This document shows, piece by piece, positions 11,948-25,627 of a stretch of DNA of 64,000 nt. The stretch spans positions 3,038,001-3,102,000 of the forward strand of contig CATNEN010000038.1 of NCBI GenBank assembly GCA_950097015.1, in the 5' to 3' direction. Below the pieces are notes generated by a model. The model worked only from the letters and a program-made list of their open reading frames with translations. It was not told the origin of the DNA and did not search any database. The position numbers were made by a program, and so were the translations under genes. Every line of letters starts with the position of its first letter. The first letter of the stretch is position 1. Origin of the DNA: Macrostomum hystrix. Taxonomy: Eukaryota > Animalia > Platyhelminthes.

Positions 11948-12799
11948 ACAGATTTTCTGGCTTAAATGGAGTATACATTATAAAATTAGGCTGAAGGCCT
12001 ATTATCCATAGGCTTAGAGTGAAAGTATAATAGAAAATGTATATGAAATAGTATTAATTATCCAGGTTTTGCTGATCTGTCCACCAGTCCAGTCATTGGT
12101 TTCAACTGCATATTGGAGCCTCCAATTTGGAGGAAAACCTGGTAGCCGGACTTAATCGGCTTAAGAGTCAGATTTATCTCCAAAGAAGCAGTAGCTGCAG
12201 CCTCTGGTCCCAATCAAGGCAGGCACAGGAAGCTGCATACATATGCCATAGGACTGCAGTTGGGCACCTCTAACAGATGGCCATTGACACAGAGCCAGAT
12301 GCCCTGGAAGGCACAGGGTATCTGCAAGAGCAGCACAGTGGAGGGCATAGGCACTGACAACCAATGAACCAAATCCATGAGAAAATTTAATGTGTCTTCA
12401 CACTTGCATCCATTATTAAATCCTTGTAGTCCTAGTATCAAGGTAGTAGTGATCAGAAGCCTTGAATTGATATATAATGAACCAAAGGCACTTTTGAGCT
12501 TTGAGGCTTTGAAGTTTCAAGATGTATTTTACATATTCTATTCCCACATGTCATCCCATCTATTGTTTAATCGTCCATCATCTCATAGGGGGGCTATTAT
12601 CCATAGGCTTAGAGTGGAAGGCCTATTAAAGGCATATGTATTATTAAATTATTGCGCTCGTAGTAGTAGAATCAGAAACATGTATATACATAAATGTGTA
12701 AATATGAACATGAAAATGAAATTATGGAATGAAATTTGCACAGGTATTTCATGCAGAGATAAAAAGTCCCATTGCAGCTATCATTCATTCATAATAAAA

Positions 12800-15700
12800 A
12801 TGGCAGCATGCAACACAGCAAGTGAAACATCATGCAAGCCTGACAAGCTGCATGATGATGTGTCTGTCAGGAGTACTGATGTGTGAGTAGTTCTCCAATC
12901 CATTGCAATTCCATGTGTGGAAATCCCATCAAAGAAATTCCCATCCTGTCTCTCTCTCTCTCTTTATTTGGTGATATTAGTGATGTACTAATTTAGTATT
13001 GTTACTTTCATATCACAGGACGAGCAGTGACATCCGTGCTCCAATTCGTAGTCGCGGCCGGCCGTCAAAGCAGCGGAAGTTGGCTGCACGTGGGCCTGCT
13101 GGTGCCGCTGCATTGGGCGATTCTTCCTCGAAGCAAGTGCCTCCGGTGTCAAGTGAAGTAGGAGCTGCTTCGAAAAGGAGCACTGAGGAATCGCCCAATC
13201 CGCTTCAACAGACGGACAGCTGGCGTCCAGTTACATCCAGGCTGGGCATACCGAGGAAGAGCAAGCCCGTGTCGGCCACCGCGGCAGAGAAGCCAAGACA
13301 GGTTGTCGTCCACTCTGGAGTTGCCGTGGCAAATCGGTGGGACTGCCTGTCTGAGGTGAACGAGGCGGAGGTCGTACCAGAGGCCATGGACAGCAGTGTC
13401 ATCAGCGACTGTGGATCGTCATTGTCCCTGGACTGTGCGTCGGTTGCGGATGGTGGGCTCCGAAGATCCAGTCGGATCAGGCGCATTACGCGATGCGCAT
13501 GTTGCAACGAGGAATTGTCGCACAGTTCTTCAAGCTCGAGAGCGTCTTCTAGAGCTAGCGCACGTTCGAATGTGTCCACAGCTGTAGGCAATCCGGAAGG
13601 AAGGATCCCAGCTGACATCCGTGGGGCGTCTGGCAAAGCCGCTGGTGCCGCATCGAAGCCGCGCAAGGAATGTGCGCGCCGAAAACGTCAGCAGGCAGTT
13701 GAGTCGCGATCAAGCATCGAATTACCGGTCTCGGAACCAGCGGTAGCAGCCTTTGCGGTCGACTTGGGCTTGGATGATGGAGTGGGTTGCCAGCAAGACA
13801 ACGTGTCGCAACCGGCTATTGATGTGCTTGCGTCAAATGGTACGTATTTAGTTATTACTTGTATTTGAGCATATTTGATAGAGAATGGGCATTTCGTGAT
13901 TGATGACAGAGAATATTATACAGTAAGTATGTTTCTATGGAATGGAAAAGGTTTATGGTCTGAACGCATATTATATTTTTCTCCTCAACTGCTGCATTAG
14001 CTGTCAATCTTAGCTAACAGGCTGAAAGTTTAATATTAGCCAAAATAATTCCTTATTCGAAAGTGGACGAATTTTTATTACATTGTTGTGCTGAACAAAC
14101 GTTTTACATTTAAGTTCAAATCTGTCGCCTACATTGCGCCGATAACATATGTACCTATTTATCAGGCGTACAAGTGGCTGCAGCTGCTGAACTGGTGCCG
14201 AATTTGAACGGAGATTCAGAGCCAACGTGGATCCCATGGGAAGATTGCCGCGTTATCCGAATTGATGGAGACGGCAATTGTTTCTTCCATGCAGTGTGTC
14301 AACAGCTGCTAGGTACGCCGTTGGAGACGAACTTCGTAAACCTGCGAGAACGAGTAGCTACCGAGGCATATGCTATGCTGAGTGAATGGCACAAGGATGG
14401 TCGCATTTTTGGGGACATTGACAATATTCTTTTGAACTGCTTTACGGAAGGACAAGACGTTCCTGACGAAATTCCTCCTGTTGTCGGTTACATATTGGGA
14501 GTGGAAATTTATATCTATGGCCCAAATGGTGTTCGGCTGCAGTATTGCCCGTGCAAAGGCAAACCTGCTGCTACCGTGCGTCTGCAGCTGGTGAACGAGC
14601 ACTACAGTGCTCTGACGGTGGTAGCTGAAGACCGACACTTGATGCCGCCGCCTGCGGCGCCAGTTGTTCACGAATGCTTGCCCGTCGCGAGCAGCAAGGT
14701 TCGAGGCCGGGGAAGGCCAAGAAAGCTGGACTCTCGCCCTGTGAAAAAGCAAGAAGTGACGTCAAATGCGTCAGTTGGGTCACCAAAAAAGCGTACAGCA
14801 AGCAGTGCTGGCTCGCCCGATAGTAACACGGCGGCACACCGATCCCCCCTGAAGAAGCCTCTGATGACTGATGGCGAGGCTGCTGAGTTGACTGCCGAGG
14901 ATTCGAGGCCAATTCTAGCAGCTTGTAATGTTGACTTGGACTTATCAGACGCAGAGAGCGGCAGCTGTGTACATTCTGAGACTGCGACCTCTGGCGCTGC
15001 AGAGCCGTCGTCACCTAGGAAGCGAAGGCAGCGAGACCCGACAACGGTGTCAGAGAGCGGCGGAGAGAGCGACAGTCAGTCTGCTACTGGGTCTGTTGGC
15101 GGTGTTCGACGTTCTCCAAGGAAAGTTCGAGGCGTCGTTTATGGCGGTGTGGATTCACCGGCTGCAAAGTCTGCTATTTCTGCTAGAAACAGTGGCGCTG
15201 CTTCAGCTGATGATTCAGCTCAGCAGGGTGGAGCACGGACAGCTGAGGGCACAACGAAGCCGAAATCATCTGCCCGGCGGAAGATTCTGTTTCCGAGCGC
15301 CGATCAGGCGACAGATGCGACTGAACGGACAAGCCAGGAGAATCAGCGGCAAGAGGCTGCTGTACCTGACTGTATCGAGGAGTTGGTTGTCAACGAAGGC
15401 GATCTGTCACTGCCTGCAGTACTGCGCAATAGTTTCACGGAACAATTCCTTAATATTCGGAAGGAATGCTACCAAGAGACGATCGCTGCTGTGACGAATC
15501 TGCGAAAGTGCCGGGTCTGCAAGGAACAGTTTCCCGGTGTGTTTTACCGAAATGCTGATGACAAGGTCTGTCAGCGGTGTATTAAGGATCAACACGTGCC
15601 GAAGCTATTCAGCGATGAGAATAATGCGAACCCGTGTGAGCAGCCGGAGGAATTGCGAGATTTGACAGTGACAGAACAGATGCTAATCTCTCCTGTGTTG

Positions 15701-18700
15701 TGTGTCATGATGGTGTATCGATTGTTTCCACAAGGACAGCTGTGCAGTCGTGGTCATGGCATAATATTTCCACAAGACCAGGCGGACATTGTAAGAGAGT
15801 TGCCGCGCAAAACTCTACCCGTCGTCCTGATGTTCCAGGGCAAGCGAGGGAGCAGTGAGAGGCAATCGCTGGGCGGTCCGCCGTTGAGTAACCTGCGTGT
15901 TCGTCGGGATAAGGTGCTGAAAGCCATGAATTACCTGCTGAAGCACAATGCGTACTTTCGGGAGTATGCCGTTACGCTGGACCGCGTGGCGCTGAGCGAG
16001 TTGCCTGTTGACGGGCCGATGAAAGATTTGTGCGAGATGCACGAATCCGAGTTGCCCGAGGGAGTGACAATGGAGGCGGCCGAAAAGGCTGCGCTAGAAC
16101 GCGCAAACAAACAGGATATCGAGGACGCTATTGCACAGGAAACGCTTAGTGGCCTGATGGAGACGCCGTTTCGTCTGCTGGATGAAGCATTTCGAAGGAA
16201 ACTGCTTGAACAGAAATTGCCATGGCCCACAGTGGGCCGTAAGCCGGTGAACGAGTTTCAACAGGAGAGCCTGTTTACCTTGGCCTTTCCGCATCTGTTT
16301 CCCGACGGTAGTGGCGAGTACAAAATGCCCCGGGAGCATACGATACAGATTGGCGACTACGCAAGACATCTGATGCAGTACAGTTGTCCGAGATTTCGGT
16401 TGGATCCACGTTTTCGATTTTTCATTGAGAATTTGGTGATGCGCTGGCGAGCATTGGCACTGGGCCGGTTATTCGTGAAGCACAGTGGCATTGGCAAGCT
16501 GAACGCAGCAGAGATGCGCGAAAAGCTCAAGGATCCGGCCGTCATGGCAAGTGTGATTGCCAGAGGAATGCATTTGCGAGGCACGCAAATCTACTGGGAG
16601 AGCAAGCGGCGGCAGCTCGAGGGCCTGATAATGCTACTGGGCTTGCCGCAGTTCTTTCTGACCCTGTCGGCGGCTGATACGCACTGGCCGGAACTGCGTG
16701 CCGCCTGGCAGATGATGGATGCCGGCGAAGAAGCCGACCTGCTGAAGAGGCTGCAGAGTGATCCGGCGATGGGCGATACACTATTTTGGACCCGGTTCGA
16801 AGTATTTTTGCGTCGCTTTCTGGTTGAACACTGGGGCGTGAAAGATTTCTGGTTCCGTATTGAATATCAGAGCCGCGGTAGTCCCCACGTGCACGGTTTC
16901 GTCTGGATGCCGGATGGCCTGGATGTGACTGATGCGAATGTGACGGTGGACAATATACGCGCCTACGTGGACAGGTATGTCTGCAGCTGGAATACTGCGC
17001 TGGACGGCTCCGAGACTGGAGGCCTAATCGCCAATGGGGATGGCATTTCGGTGCATCCCTCGAAGCTGGCACCCGAGGAGATTACGAACAACCGGGTGGA
17101 TCTACAGGCGCTGGGTCACCTTATTGAACGGCACAGCAAGTGCGGCGATCGATGCCTTCGTACCCTGAAGGGGGGCAAGCAGGAGTGTCGGTACAAATAT
17201 CCGAAGGAGTTGCGGGACCGCACGGAAGTAAAACGGTTGTCCCGGTTGCACCTCAGTGTGGAGACGCAGAGGAACGACGACCGAATGTGCTCCTACAATC
17301 CGCAGATACTCTGCCTGTGGCGTGCCAACATTGATATGCAGCTGATTTCCTCGGCAAAGAATATAATCCGCTACCTGGTGAAATACGCTAGCAAGGGAGA
17401 GGTGCGCTCCGGTCATCTGCAGACACTGTTTGACCGGCTGGCAGCGGAAGAGGCCAAGCGGGGCACAGTCGCTGCCGACGAGAGGCAGAGGATGGACACG
17501 GCCAAGCGGGTAGTGCAGCAGCATTTGATGGCAACAATTGCTGCCCGGGACTATTCCGCCCAGGAGGTGTGCCGTTTGCTGCTTCAACAGCCAATGTACA
17601 AGTGCAGCCGGACATTTGCGTACGTCCGGACGGATGACATGCGGATGATTGAGCGACAAGGCTCCTGCCGCAATAGCCTGGACAAGTACACACAGCGGCC
17701 TAAACAGCTGGAGACGGTCAGCATGCACGCGTTCTTTAGCAACTGGGAGGCTGCTGGGATAAACGGCCGCGGCTGGAGGCCGAGAGAACGGAAGGCTATA
17801 GTGGTGGTCAGTCCAGGTCTGCGGCCAAACAATACGTTAGAGGAGCGACGCGAGGAATACTTTAAGCAGCAGGTGCTGTTGTATTCGTCTTGGCGTACCG
17901 TGGAGGCTGCCAAGGGCACGCACGCTACGTGGCGCGAGGCATTTGACGCGCTGCCGGCCGACAGTTGCCCCCTGCGATTTCGCCATCTTGGCGAGTTGCA
18001 GCGGGACGAGGCCGATGACCCTGTAGTGGCTGTGCAGGTGAACGAATTGCCGGATATGACAGCGGCGCAAGCGGAATCGGTGGTTGGCGCGAGCCGGCCC
18101 GACAATATGCAGGAGGATTGGATGGCCATGTTGGGGGCGCGGCAGACGGCAGCGGAACAGTTTAAACGGCCGGAGGATCAACTGCCGCCTGTGCCGGCAA
18201 ACTTTGACTGGAGCGCTTCTGCTAGCAAGTTTCCGGGCATTGTGGATGCAAAGGCTCTGCATGAGTACTTTCGTGCCTGCAAGGGTCCGGCGGTGCAGCG
18301 GCAGCAGCAGGAGGCCCCGGTGGACACGAGTGGCCTGAATGCACGGCAGCGGCAACTGTTTGACATGGTTTCGGAGCATTACTCTGCTGGTGGCAACTGC
18401 GCCGCTGGTGGAGTGGCTTCGCGTGAACCGCTGTTGGTGATTTTGTACGGCAGCGCTGGAACGGGCAAAAGTTTTGTCATTCATCTGATTCGGCAGCTTC
18501 TTGGTGAGGCCTGCAAAGTGATGGCGCCTACGGGTGTGGCTGCTCACAACATTTCTGGCCAGACTTTGCATTCGGCGCTGCGACTCGGTACCAAGAGGAC
18601 GTTTGCGGAGCTGCCAGAAGGCTCTGTTGTGCTGGGCAAGTTGCAATCGGAATGGCAAGCTGTGCGATATGCTATTGTGGACGAATTCAGCATGGTCGGC

Positions 18701-20049
18701 CAGAGAACCCTTGCCATGGTGGATGCGCGGCTGCGACAGGCTTTTCCCGGCCGACGCGAAGAGTACTTCGGTGGCCTGTCTGTCATCCTGGTTGGCGATT
18801 TGTTTCAACTGCCGCCCGTGATGGACACTGCGATGTACGTGAATAGCGAAAACACACCGAAGTGCAAGGACGCTTCCAGTTCCGTCGGTGTGAAACGGAA
18901 CCTGCTGACGCGTGGCTGGCTGGCGTACCGGTCCTTTAAGAGGGTCGTTCACCTCAACGAGCTAGTGAGTAGTGGGCTGAATTACTATTTGCAGTTGATG
19001 TTTTTATTGTTTCAGTATTTACTTTGTTTACAGTGAACTATGCGATAAATGCGTAATGTACTGTATTTATCGATACATTTTGTATCAAATTTTTCTCTCT
19101 CTCTCCATTTACTCAGGTACGCCAGGCCGGAGACCAGCGCTATGCGGACGTCCTGCAGGCAATTCGCGAAGGACGGGCGAGAATGGAAGATTTCAGCCTG
19201 ATTATGAAATGTCGTGTGATGGTGCCTGAGACACTTGGCGACGGATTCGAGGATTGTACGCATCTGTACTCGACAAATGCCGCGGTTCACGAGGAGAATT
19301 GCTACCGCTTGGGCCAGCTTGCCAGCCATGAGAATCCAGTCTGCACGGTTAACGCCCTCTGCAAGGGCGCTGGTGCCGTCGGTGAATCGGCCGACTCGGA
19401 GTCGGGCCTCGCAATGCGCGTCTACCTGGCTGTCGGCTGTCGTGTGATGCTGACGCGTAACCTCTCCGTGGCCTGTGGCCTGGTCAACGGGTCAATCGGC
19501 ATTGTGCAGGGCATCTGTTTCCCACCGGGGGTGTCTTCGCCGGCTGTTCCCGAGTGTGTCTGGGTTGAGTTCGAAGACTACACCGGACCGGGCTATTGTC
19601 GGCCACCTGCCGGTGATGCATATCTATCGTACTGTGACGCCGGTGGAGTGGTGCCGATTCTGCCTCTGACGGCGAGCTGGTCTGACGGGGAACTGAGCGT
19701 GTCTCGCACGCAGCTGCCGTTGAAGCTGGCCTGGGCGATCACCGTGCACAAGTCGCAGGGTTTGACACTCCGGAAGGCGTACGTGGACCTTAGTGGGTCT
19801 GGTGGGCGGCGAAAGCAGACGCCAGGCCTCTTTTACACCGGGCTTAGTCGCGTGCGTGGTCTTGCTGACCTCCGGGTGAGTTCATGCGACTATTCGCACT
19901 ACCAGAAACTGTGCGATTCTCAGTCAGTGCGATTAAAGCTGTTTGAGCAAGAGCGTTTGCTGAAAATGGCTGTGCCTGATTCCGCAGCTGTTGGCCGGGA
20001 AGATACCCAGAAGGGCCGGGCGGACGAGGCTGTCGTTAGCGAGCCGTAG
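12800..20049 (+). CDS. Spliced OTU-Rep-PIF1 helicase transposase, copy 2; join(12800..12882,13019..13839,14166..18964,19117..20049)
   Basis: Identical translations to copy 1 in the ORF track at offset +12,627. Confidence 0.9.
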
Positions 20050-21849
20050 ATTCGCATTTCATGTTTTGTGGACATGTGATTCCCTGGCAGGTGTGCTAGT
20101 TGGGTCAGTGTGCCCAGCGTTGCCGTGGTCGGTCGGCCGCCAGTGCGACGAAAGAACTGCTAGGGACACAGTGTAATATAAAAAATTACCTCTATTTTGT
20201 TGTAGCATTGGCACACGATGGGATTACTCAGTAATTGGGTGTCTGGCTTAGGCATGGAAATGTTTGACCTATTTTATAGGAGAATGTGGCAAATGTCATT
20301 GGAATTTAGTAAGCTATGTTAAGTAGGCTTAGCTAAGCTAAGTAATGTTAAGCCTGAAAATGTTAGCCCTGCAACCCTAGAAAAGATTGTCTCACCCCAT
20401 TATTTATTGAAATGCGGCTGTTCCCAAAGCAGCTGCATCTCCGTATTCAGTGCCAAAAATGTACCAATAAAGGATAGGACTCTTGTCTATAGAATGATGT
20501 TTATAGAAGGCTTGTTTCTTGGTATTATGCATTATTGCATTTTTTGCAACTTGCCATTGCAATAATTGCGTTGCCCTTTTAGTTTATTTATCTTTGGTAG
20601 TGCTATTGCAAAAAACAGAACCATTGGCTACGGCCATTTTGCCGTATAATAAATGGATAACAATTTATGCAACTTGTTAATATGTTCCGTATTGTTAATT
20701 GTTTGTCCGCAGTAAATTGCATTTAATTGCTGTTTGTATGCTGTGTATATAGCCTCCACTTTTCAAGTAATCGAATTGCTTTTTAATAATGTAAATTTCG
20801 CTGATTGTATTCCAGTTGCATGCAGTAATTTGAAATTTCATTCAAGTTTAATAAATGGCTGGCTAATATCTTGCATGCATGCCTTTTAGATTTCCCTTTT
20901 TTATTAGATCCCTTCTTTGTGCGGGATTCCCCCTGTATAGTTCTCCCTTTTATCTCCCAATGCGTGCCCAAATATTGCCAAATATTGAATTATTGTTTTA
21001 TGTTTCATTTTTATTTTCAATATTCGTATAAAATAATCTAAATCGAATTGCGTGTATATTTTTAATAAATTCCAATTAAATATATTAAAAAATAAAGCGG
21101 CAGAGTTCCTCGGAACTGACCCGCGCCCCAGTACTTCGGGGGATTCGTTTTAACAACAATAATGGCTGGCTTGTTTGCATTTCATATCGTACGTTCCTTT
21201 GTTGACATGTCAGTTGCATTCGTTTGCTTAGATTGCAATTAATACGAGTATGTTGCTGCGCCATTTGCATTTTTTTGCATTTAATTGCTTTGATTGTACT
21301 TCAGTGGTTGAATCATTCCGTTGATTGCACTCTGTTTGTTGAATTGTTGCCTTGATTGCAGTCCAGTTGTTGCATTGTTTCGTCAATTGCAGTGTAGTGG
21401 TGTAACTTGAAATTGGCATAGTTTACTGCAGTTGTGTGTATGATTAGGGGCACAAGGCAGCCATATAGCTTCTAAATGCTTCCAAACGATTTTGACTCTT
21501 TTATTGAGCATTTTGTTCCTCTGTTTGAGCCGTTTTTCCGTCGACTTGCGATTTAAGGGGAAATATGCTTTACTATGCTGTTTATATCATATGCCACCTT
21601 TCTTTCTCTATTCACCCATAGTTCCTTCACTGGTTTTCGCGAATACATTTGTTAAATTCGAGCCTAAAGGGAAAGGTTCAATTCAGAGAAAGATATTTCT
21701 CTTTTCATTGATAAAACGACCGCCTTGCAGAAAGGCTTGCGTCGAGATTTTTGAATATCTTTTATTAAAACAAGTGCATATTCAATTTGTGCATTTTTTG
21801 TGCATCTAAATGCAGGAAAGAATATAGCAGTGAGTAGAAATCCCTTTAT

Positions 21850-21891
21850 GTTCGCCCCCACGTAAAAGACTGCAGTCTTCTTACTTACTAG
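21850..21891 (+). other. 3' terminus of the Helitron array (subTIR, palindrome, CTAG)
   Basis: GTTCGCCCCCA-CGTAA-AAGACTGCAGTCTT-CTTACTTA-CTAG followed by unrelated flank TGAACAC. Confidence 0.9.
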
Positions 21892-22500
21892 TGAACACTG
21901 TGGGATTTGGGTTCAGTTTTATTTCTATGTTAAGATTTTGTGGCGTTGGGCTTTGCCGACATTTCTTCGCTATATTTGCTAATGTTTGTGGAAATTAGTC
22001 AGAAGGTGGTGCTGACGCGTTGGGTGATTGCTTTCGTCGCTTGCGTAAATATTTTCATGCAAGGATTATTTGGGCTATTGTTTGCCGTGCAATAGGGCAC
22101 TGAAATTATTGGCTTAAATGCGGAAATGTGTGTAGTTTTGCAGTGTAAAAAGTGTGTATTTCATTACACTAAACTAAGACAGTATGGCTAATTCAGAATA
22201 TTCAGAATAAGGACAGCGCAAAAAACACCGCTGTGATTTTACTGTAAAGTCGTTGCCTGGTTGACTGTAATTTATTTCTCGGATCATTGCACGCACACGC
22301 AGTGGCGGAGCACGTTCCGAAAGCAAACAGAAAAGAAAAAATGACTTAAATTTCTGACCCTCAGCTGTGCCAGTATGAGACAGTGGACTAGGTTGGGAAC
22401 AAAACTCCCAATAAGGTAAAATTAGTGTCACACGCTTCACCAGCTGCTACTTTAAGTAGTGTCATATTGCAAAAATTCGGTCAGCACAGCTTGCATTCGG

Positions 22501-25500
22501 TCACACCTTCCTGGCGTTCATCTCCAAGGTGGCCTCCACGGTCACGGTAGGCGCTGGCCGGACTCTGGGATCTGCCACCGCCGGCTGCAGCCTGCGGGAG
22601 CGTCAAGGACACATTGCGGACTGTTTGCCTGCTTGAAATCCCAGAGTAACATGAACACTAGGGGGATCGGTGTCAGAGCGGTTAGCGCGTTTGCCTCTCG
22701 CACCAAGGTCCCTAAGTTATTTATTTGAGGCGCAGCCGCGGAAAGAAAGCGTGGGGTCTTGTCGTGCAATTTACGCCCTTGAGGGCCAACCTCCAAGGCA
22801 CAGTGAAAGTGTACACTGCCTGACGATGAGAAAGTCAGGGCAGATGTACACACAATCCTGTGTGTGTGCCTGTACACAATCCTGTGTGCCTGCGTACAGT
22901 ATCTGTGCGCGTGTGCGCTCAGGAGTCAGCGAAATGGGCAGAATCGACTCCTCGATGGCTGCGGGTCTGGTGTCACTAAATGATGTGCCATTGCCTGCAG
23001 CCCTCCTACAGTTAATAACTCCTACAATGAAATTAACTCACCTGCCAACGTTCGACCGACCGTTGACAACCAGCAACGGATTGGCCGACGCCAGCACCTC
23101 CTCGTTCACGGAGACACCATCCAGGTACTGCTTGAGCAGCGAGCGAAGCTGGCCGTTCTCCATCTGCAGGGTGGAGCGCTCTTTCTCCAGCGCCAGCTTG
23201 TCCAGAAGGCCGCGGTTGTACCTGCGCCAAAACTCCTCGAGTCCGCTGTACCTGTCGGCCGCATGGGCCAGTGGTTCCAGCGGCTCCTCGCGGACAGCGG
23301 CCTGAAGGTCCTCCTGCTCCTCGGGTGTCAGTGAGGTCGCCGGGAAAGGCAGCACTTTCTCCTCTTCAGTCTCCAGTCGGCGGCACATCTCGGCTGCGTG
23401 AAGTTTGAGATTGTGGGATGCTCATTAGCGCGTTTGAGAGCAGAGAAATATATTCGCTTCGTTGGACAAGTCTTCCATAATTGGAAGACAATATGAAAGA
23501 GAGAATTTAAACCTGATCCCGGGTGGGCCACATGGATGGGCCACCGTGGACTGAAGAGGCTGCCACATTATCATAAATTGTGTCCTTACTACTGCTGGCA
23601 CCAAGTTTTTTTCGTCTTAGTGAAAGGAAGCACTAGGAAACTGAGTGTGCTCAATTCTAAGCGACATATTTACTGCTATTAGCACAAGAACTTAAAGTTC
23701 ATCTGACGGCCGGGCGAAGTGTCACATTGTTGGAAATCTGAGATCTGAGGTATTCTAAGGTGAGGTCTCAATAGGGGTCAAGGGTCGGCAAGGACCAATG
23801 AGAACTGGCTCTCGAGTACTCACCGCTCTTCAGGATGCGATCGGCCTTCTCGTTCTGCCTGCGAAGCCCTTTCAGCGCCTCGTTGCTCTGCAGGGTCATC
23901 TTGGTGAGCCGCTGCCGCTGCTGATCTCGAATTCGTGACATCTGCGCCTTCAACTGCTGGAAGTGCAGCACCATCTTCTCGCGCTCCTCCTTCAGCGTTC
24001 GGTTGCGCTCCTCGTAGACCCGGCTGTTGCCCGCCATGCGCTGCTTCAGGGCGCTGATCTCGGCGCTGATTTTCTGCAGCCGGCGCATCTGCCGGTCGAT
24101 CTCCTTGGCCGAGGCCTCATCCTTTGCCTTCAGACTCTCGAAGTTTATCTTCTTCTCCCGCGTGGCCTCGTTGTAGGCCTTCTTGGCCTCGTTGAACTGG
24201 CGCCAGTATTCGTCGACCTTCACCTCAAGCAGCAGCCGCAGGGCGTGCTTCTCCTCGTTGTTCTGTTGAAAGTAAGGGGTGAGTGGCAGAGCGGTCTAAC
24301 AGGTCTGCCTCTCGCGCCAAGGTCCCTGAGCTCGATTCCGCGGTGAGGACACATTCATTTGGGACAGCCGCAGAGGGAAGGCTTGGAGGCTTGTCGTGCA
24401 ATTTACGCCATTGGGGACCAACCTCCAAGGCTGAGATGAGAAAGTAATGGCAGATGTACACACCTGTGTAAGCGTATGGCTGCGTACAGTATCTGTGCGC
24501 GTGTGCTCAGGAGTCAGCGAAATGGGCAGAATTGCCTCCTCGCTGGCTGCGGGTCGTGTCACCAAATGATGGGCCATTGCCCGCAGCCCTCGTGTAATTT
24601 TTATTACGAGCGCAATATTCTTCGTATCTAGTGAAAGAAGAATTGGTGGCTCCAGGAAAATTCAATAACAATTATTTTATAAGCCAACTAAGAATTTTCG
24701 TTTTGTAGCAATTTAGGAGTTTCTCATTGTTAGCTGCCACTTGCTGTCAGTAGAAGCAGTCTTACGCTCGACTGCTCACCCGATTTTTTATCTCATCGCG
24801 CATGCTGTGAAAATCGGCCCTGGCCTCCACCTCCTTCTCCGTGAAGCTCTCCCGCATGCCGAACATCACGTCCTGCAGGTCCTTCATCTCCGCGGCGTGA
24901 TGCTCGGCCACCCAGGCAGCCTCGGAGTCGAACTCCTGACGTATGATCTCGAGCTCGTCTCTGTACTCCTCGCCCAGACGCTGCATTCGCTGGGCCTGAA
25001 TGTCGACCAGGCGGTCGACGTTCTGCAGGTGCGCCCGCACTGCCAGGTTCATCTGGCCGTCGGCTTCTTCAATGTCGCGAGCCAGCGATCGGAGAACGCT
25101 CTCTTTGCGGTCAACGACGCGTTCAAAAGTCTGGCTGAGGATTTCAATGTCCTTGCGCAGTTCGCGCGACTTCGCCTCGCGCATGATGTTGCGCCACTGG
25201 TGGTTGAGCTTGTGCAGGTTTAGGCGCGAGAACCTTTCTTCATTGCTGATCTTTCCCTGCAATGCCGAGGGGGGAGATTTTAGAATTTAAAGTTGAAAAT
25301 CTGGAGCAGCTGGTAGATGCAGCTGACCTGCAGGTAGGCGCTGAGAAAGTCTTCCCGCTGCTTGCGATACTCTTCCTCTGCCAATCGCTGCTGCTCCAGG
25401 TAGATCATGCGCTCCTCCTCCGTCATGTTGCCCAAGCGGCCCTTGCCGCCGCCGCCGCGCGAGGAGCCACCTTTGCGTCGTTTGCCGCCCTTGCCTTTGC

Positions 25501-25507
25501 CTGGCAT
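22501..25507 (-). CDS. CCDC65: Dynein regulatory complex subunit 2 (coiled-coil domain-containing 65), ~512 aa; complement(join(22501..22591,23042..23393,23824..24262,24780..25256,25328..25507))
   Basis: Recognisable motifs QWRNIMREAKSRELRKDIEILSQTFERVVDRK, NNEEKHALRL, MCRRLETEEEKVLPF, LLKQYLDGVSVNEEVL. GT-AG junctions are frame-consistent. The last exon is least certain. Confidence 0.92.
22661..23007 (+). mobile_element. tRNA-derived SINE (family A) in CCDC65 intron 4
   Basis: tRNA-like head (GTGTCAGAGCGGTTAGCGCG). Body shared with 24276, 46199 and 59184 copies (gtcgtgcaatttacgccc..gccaacctccaaggc..gatgagaaagtc..aggagtcagcgaaatgggcagaat). Confidence 0.85.
24276..24606 (+). mobile_element. 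tRNA-derived SINE (family A) in CCDC65 intron 2
   Basis: A-box TGGCAGAGCGG, B-box-like GAGCTCGATTCC, shared body, AT-rich tail. Confidence 0.85.
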
Positions 25508-25627
25508 GCTGCGAGATCTTCTGCTTCTAGTTTATTAGTTAGTCTAGTTGGTCAGATTGAAAGAGAGACTTTGAGAATCTGGAAACTGTATCGTTCGCAT
25601 CTGATTAGTTTTTAAAACAACAAAATT

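Larger units (their letters stand above)
9265..21891 (+). mobile_element. Complete 12,627-bp autonomous Helentron/Helitron2-type element, tandem copy 2
   Basis: Starts T-TGGGGGCGAAC (5' subTIR) followed by GC-rich hairpins. Ends GTTCGCCCCCA-hairpin-CTAG at 21891, after which similarity to copy 1 stops. The terminal T is ambiguous by 1 bp. Confidence 0.93.
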
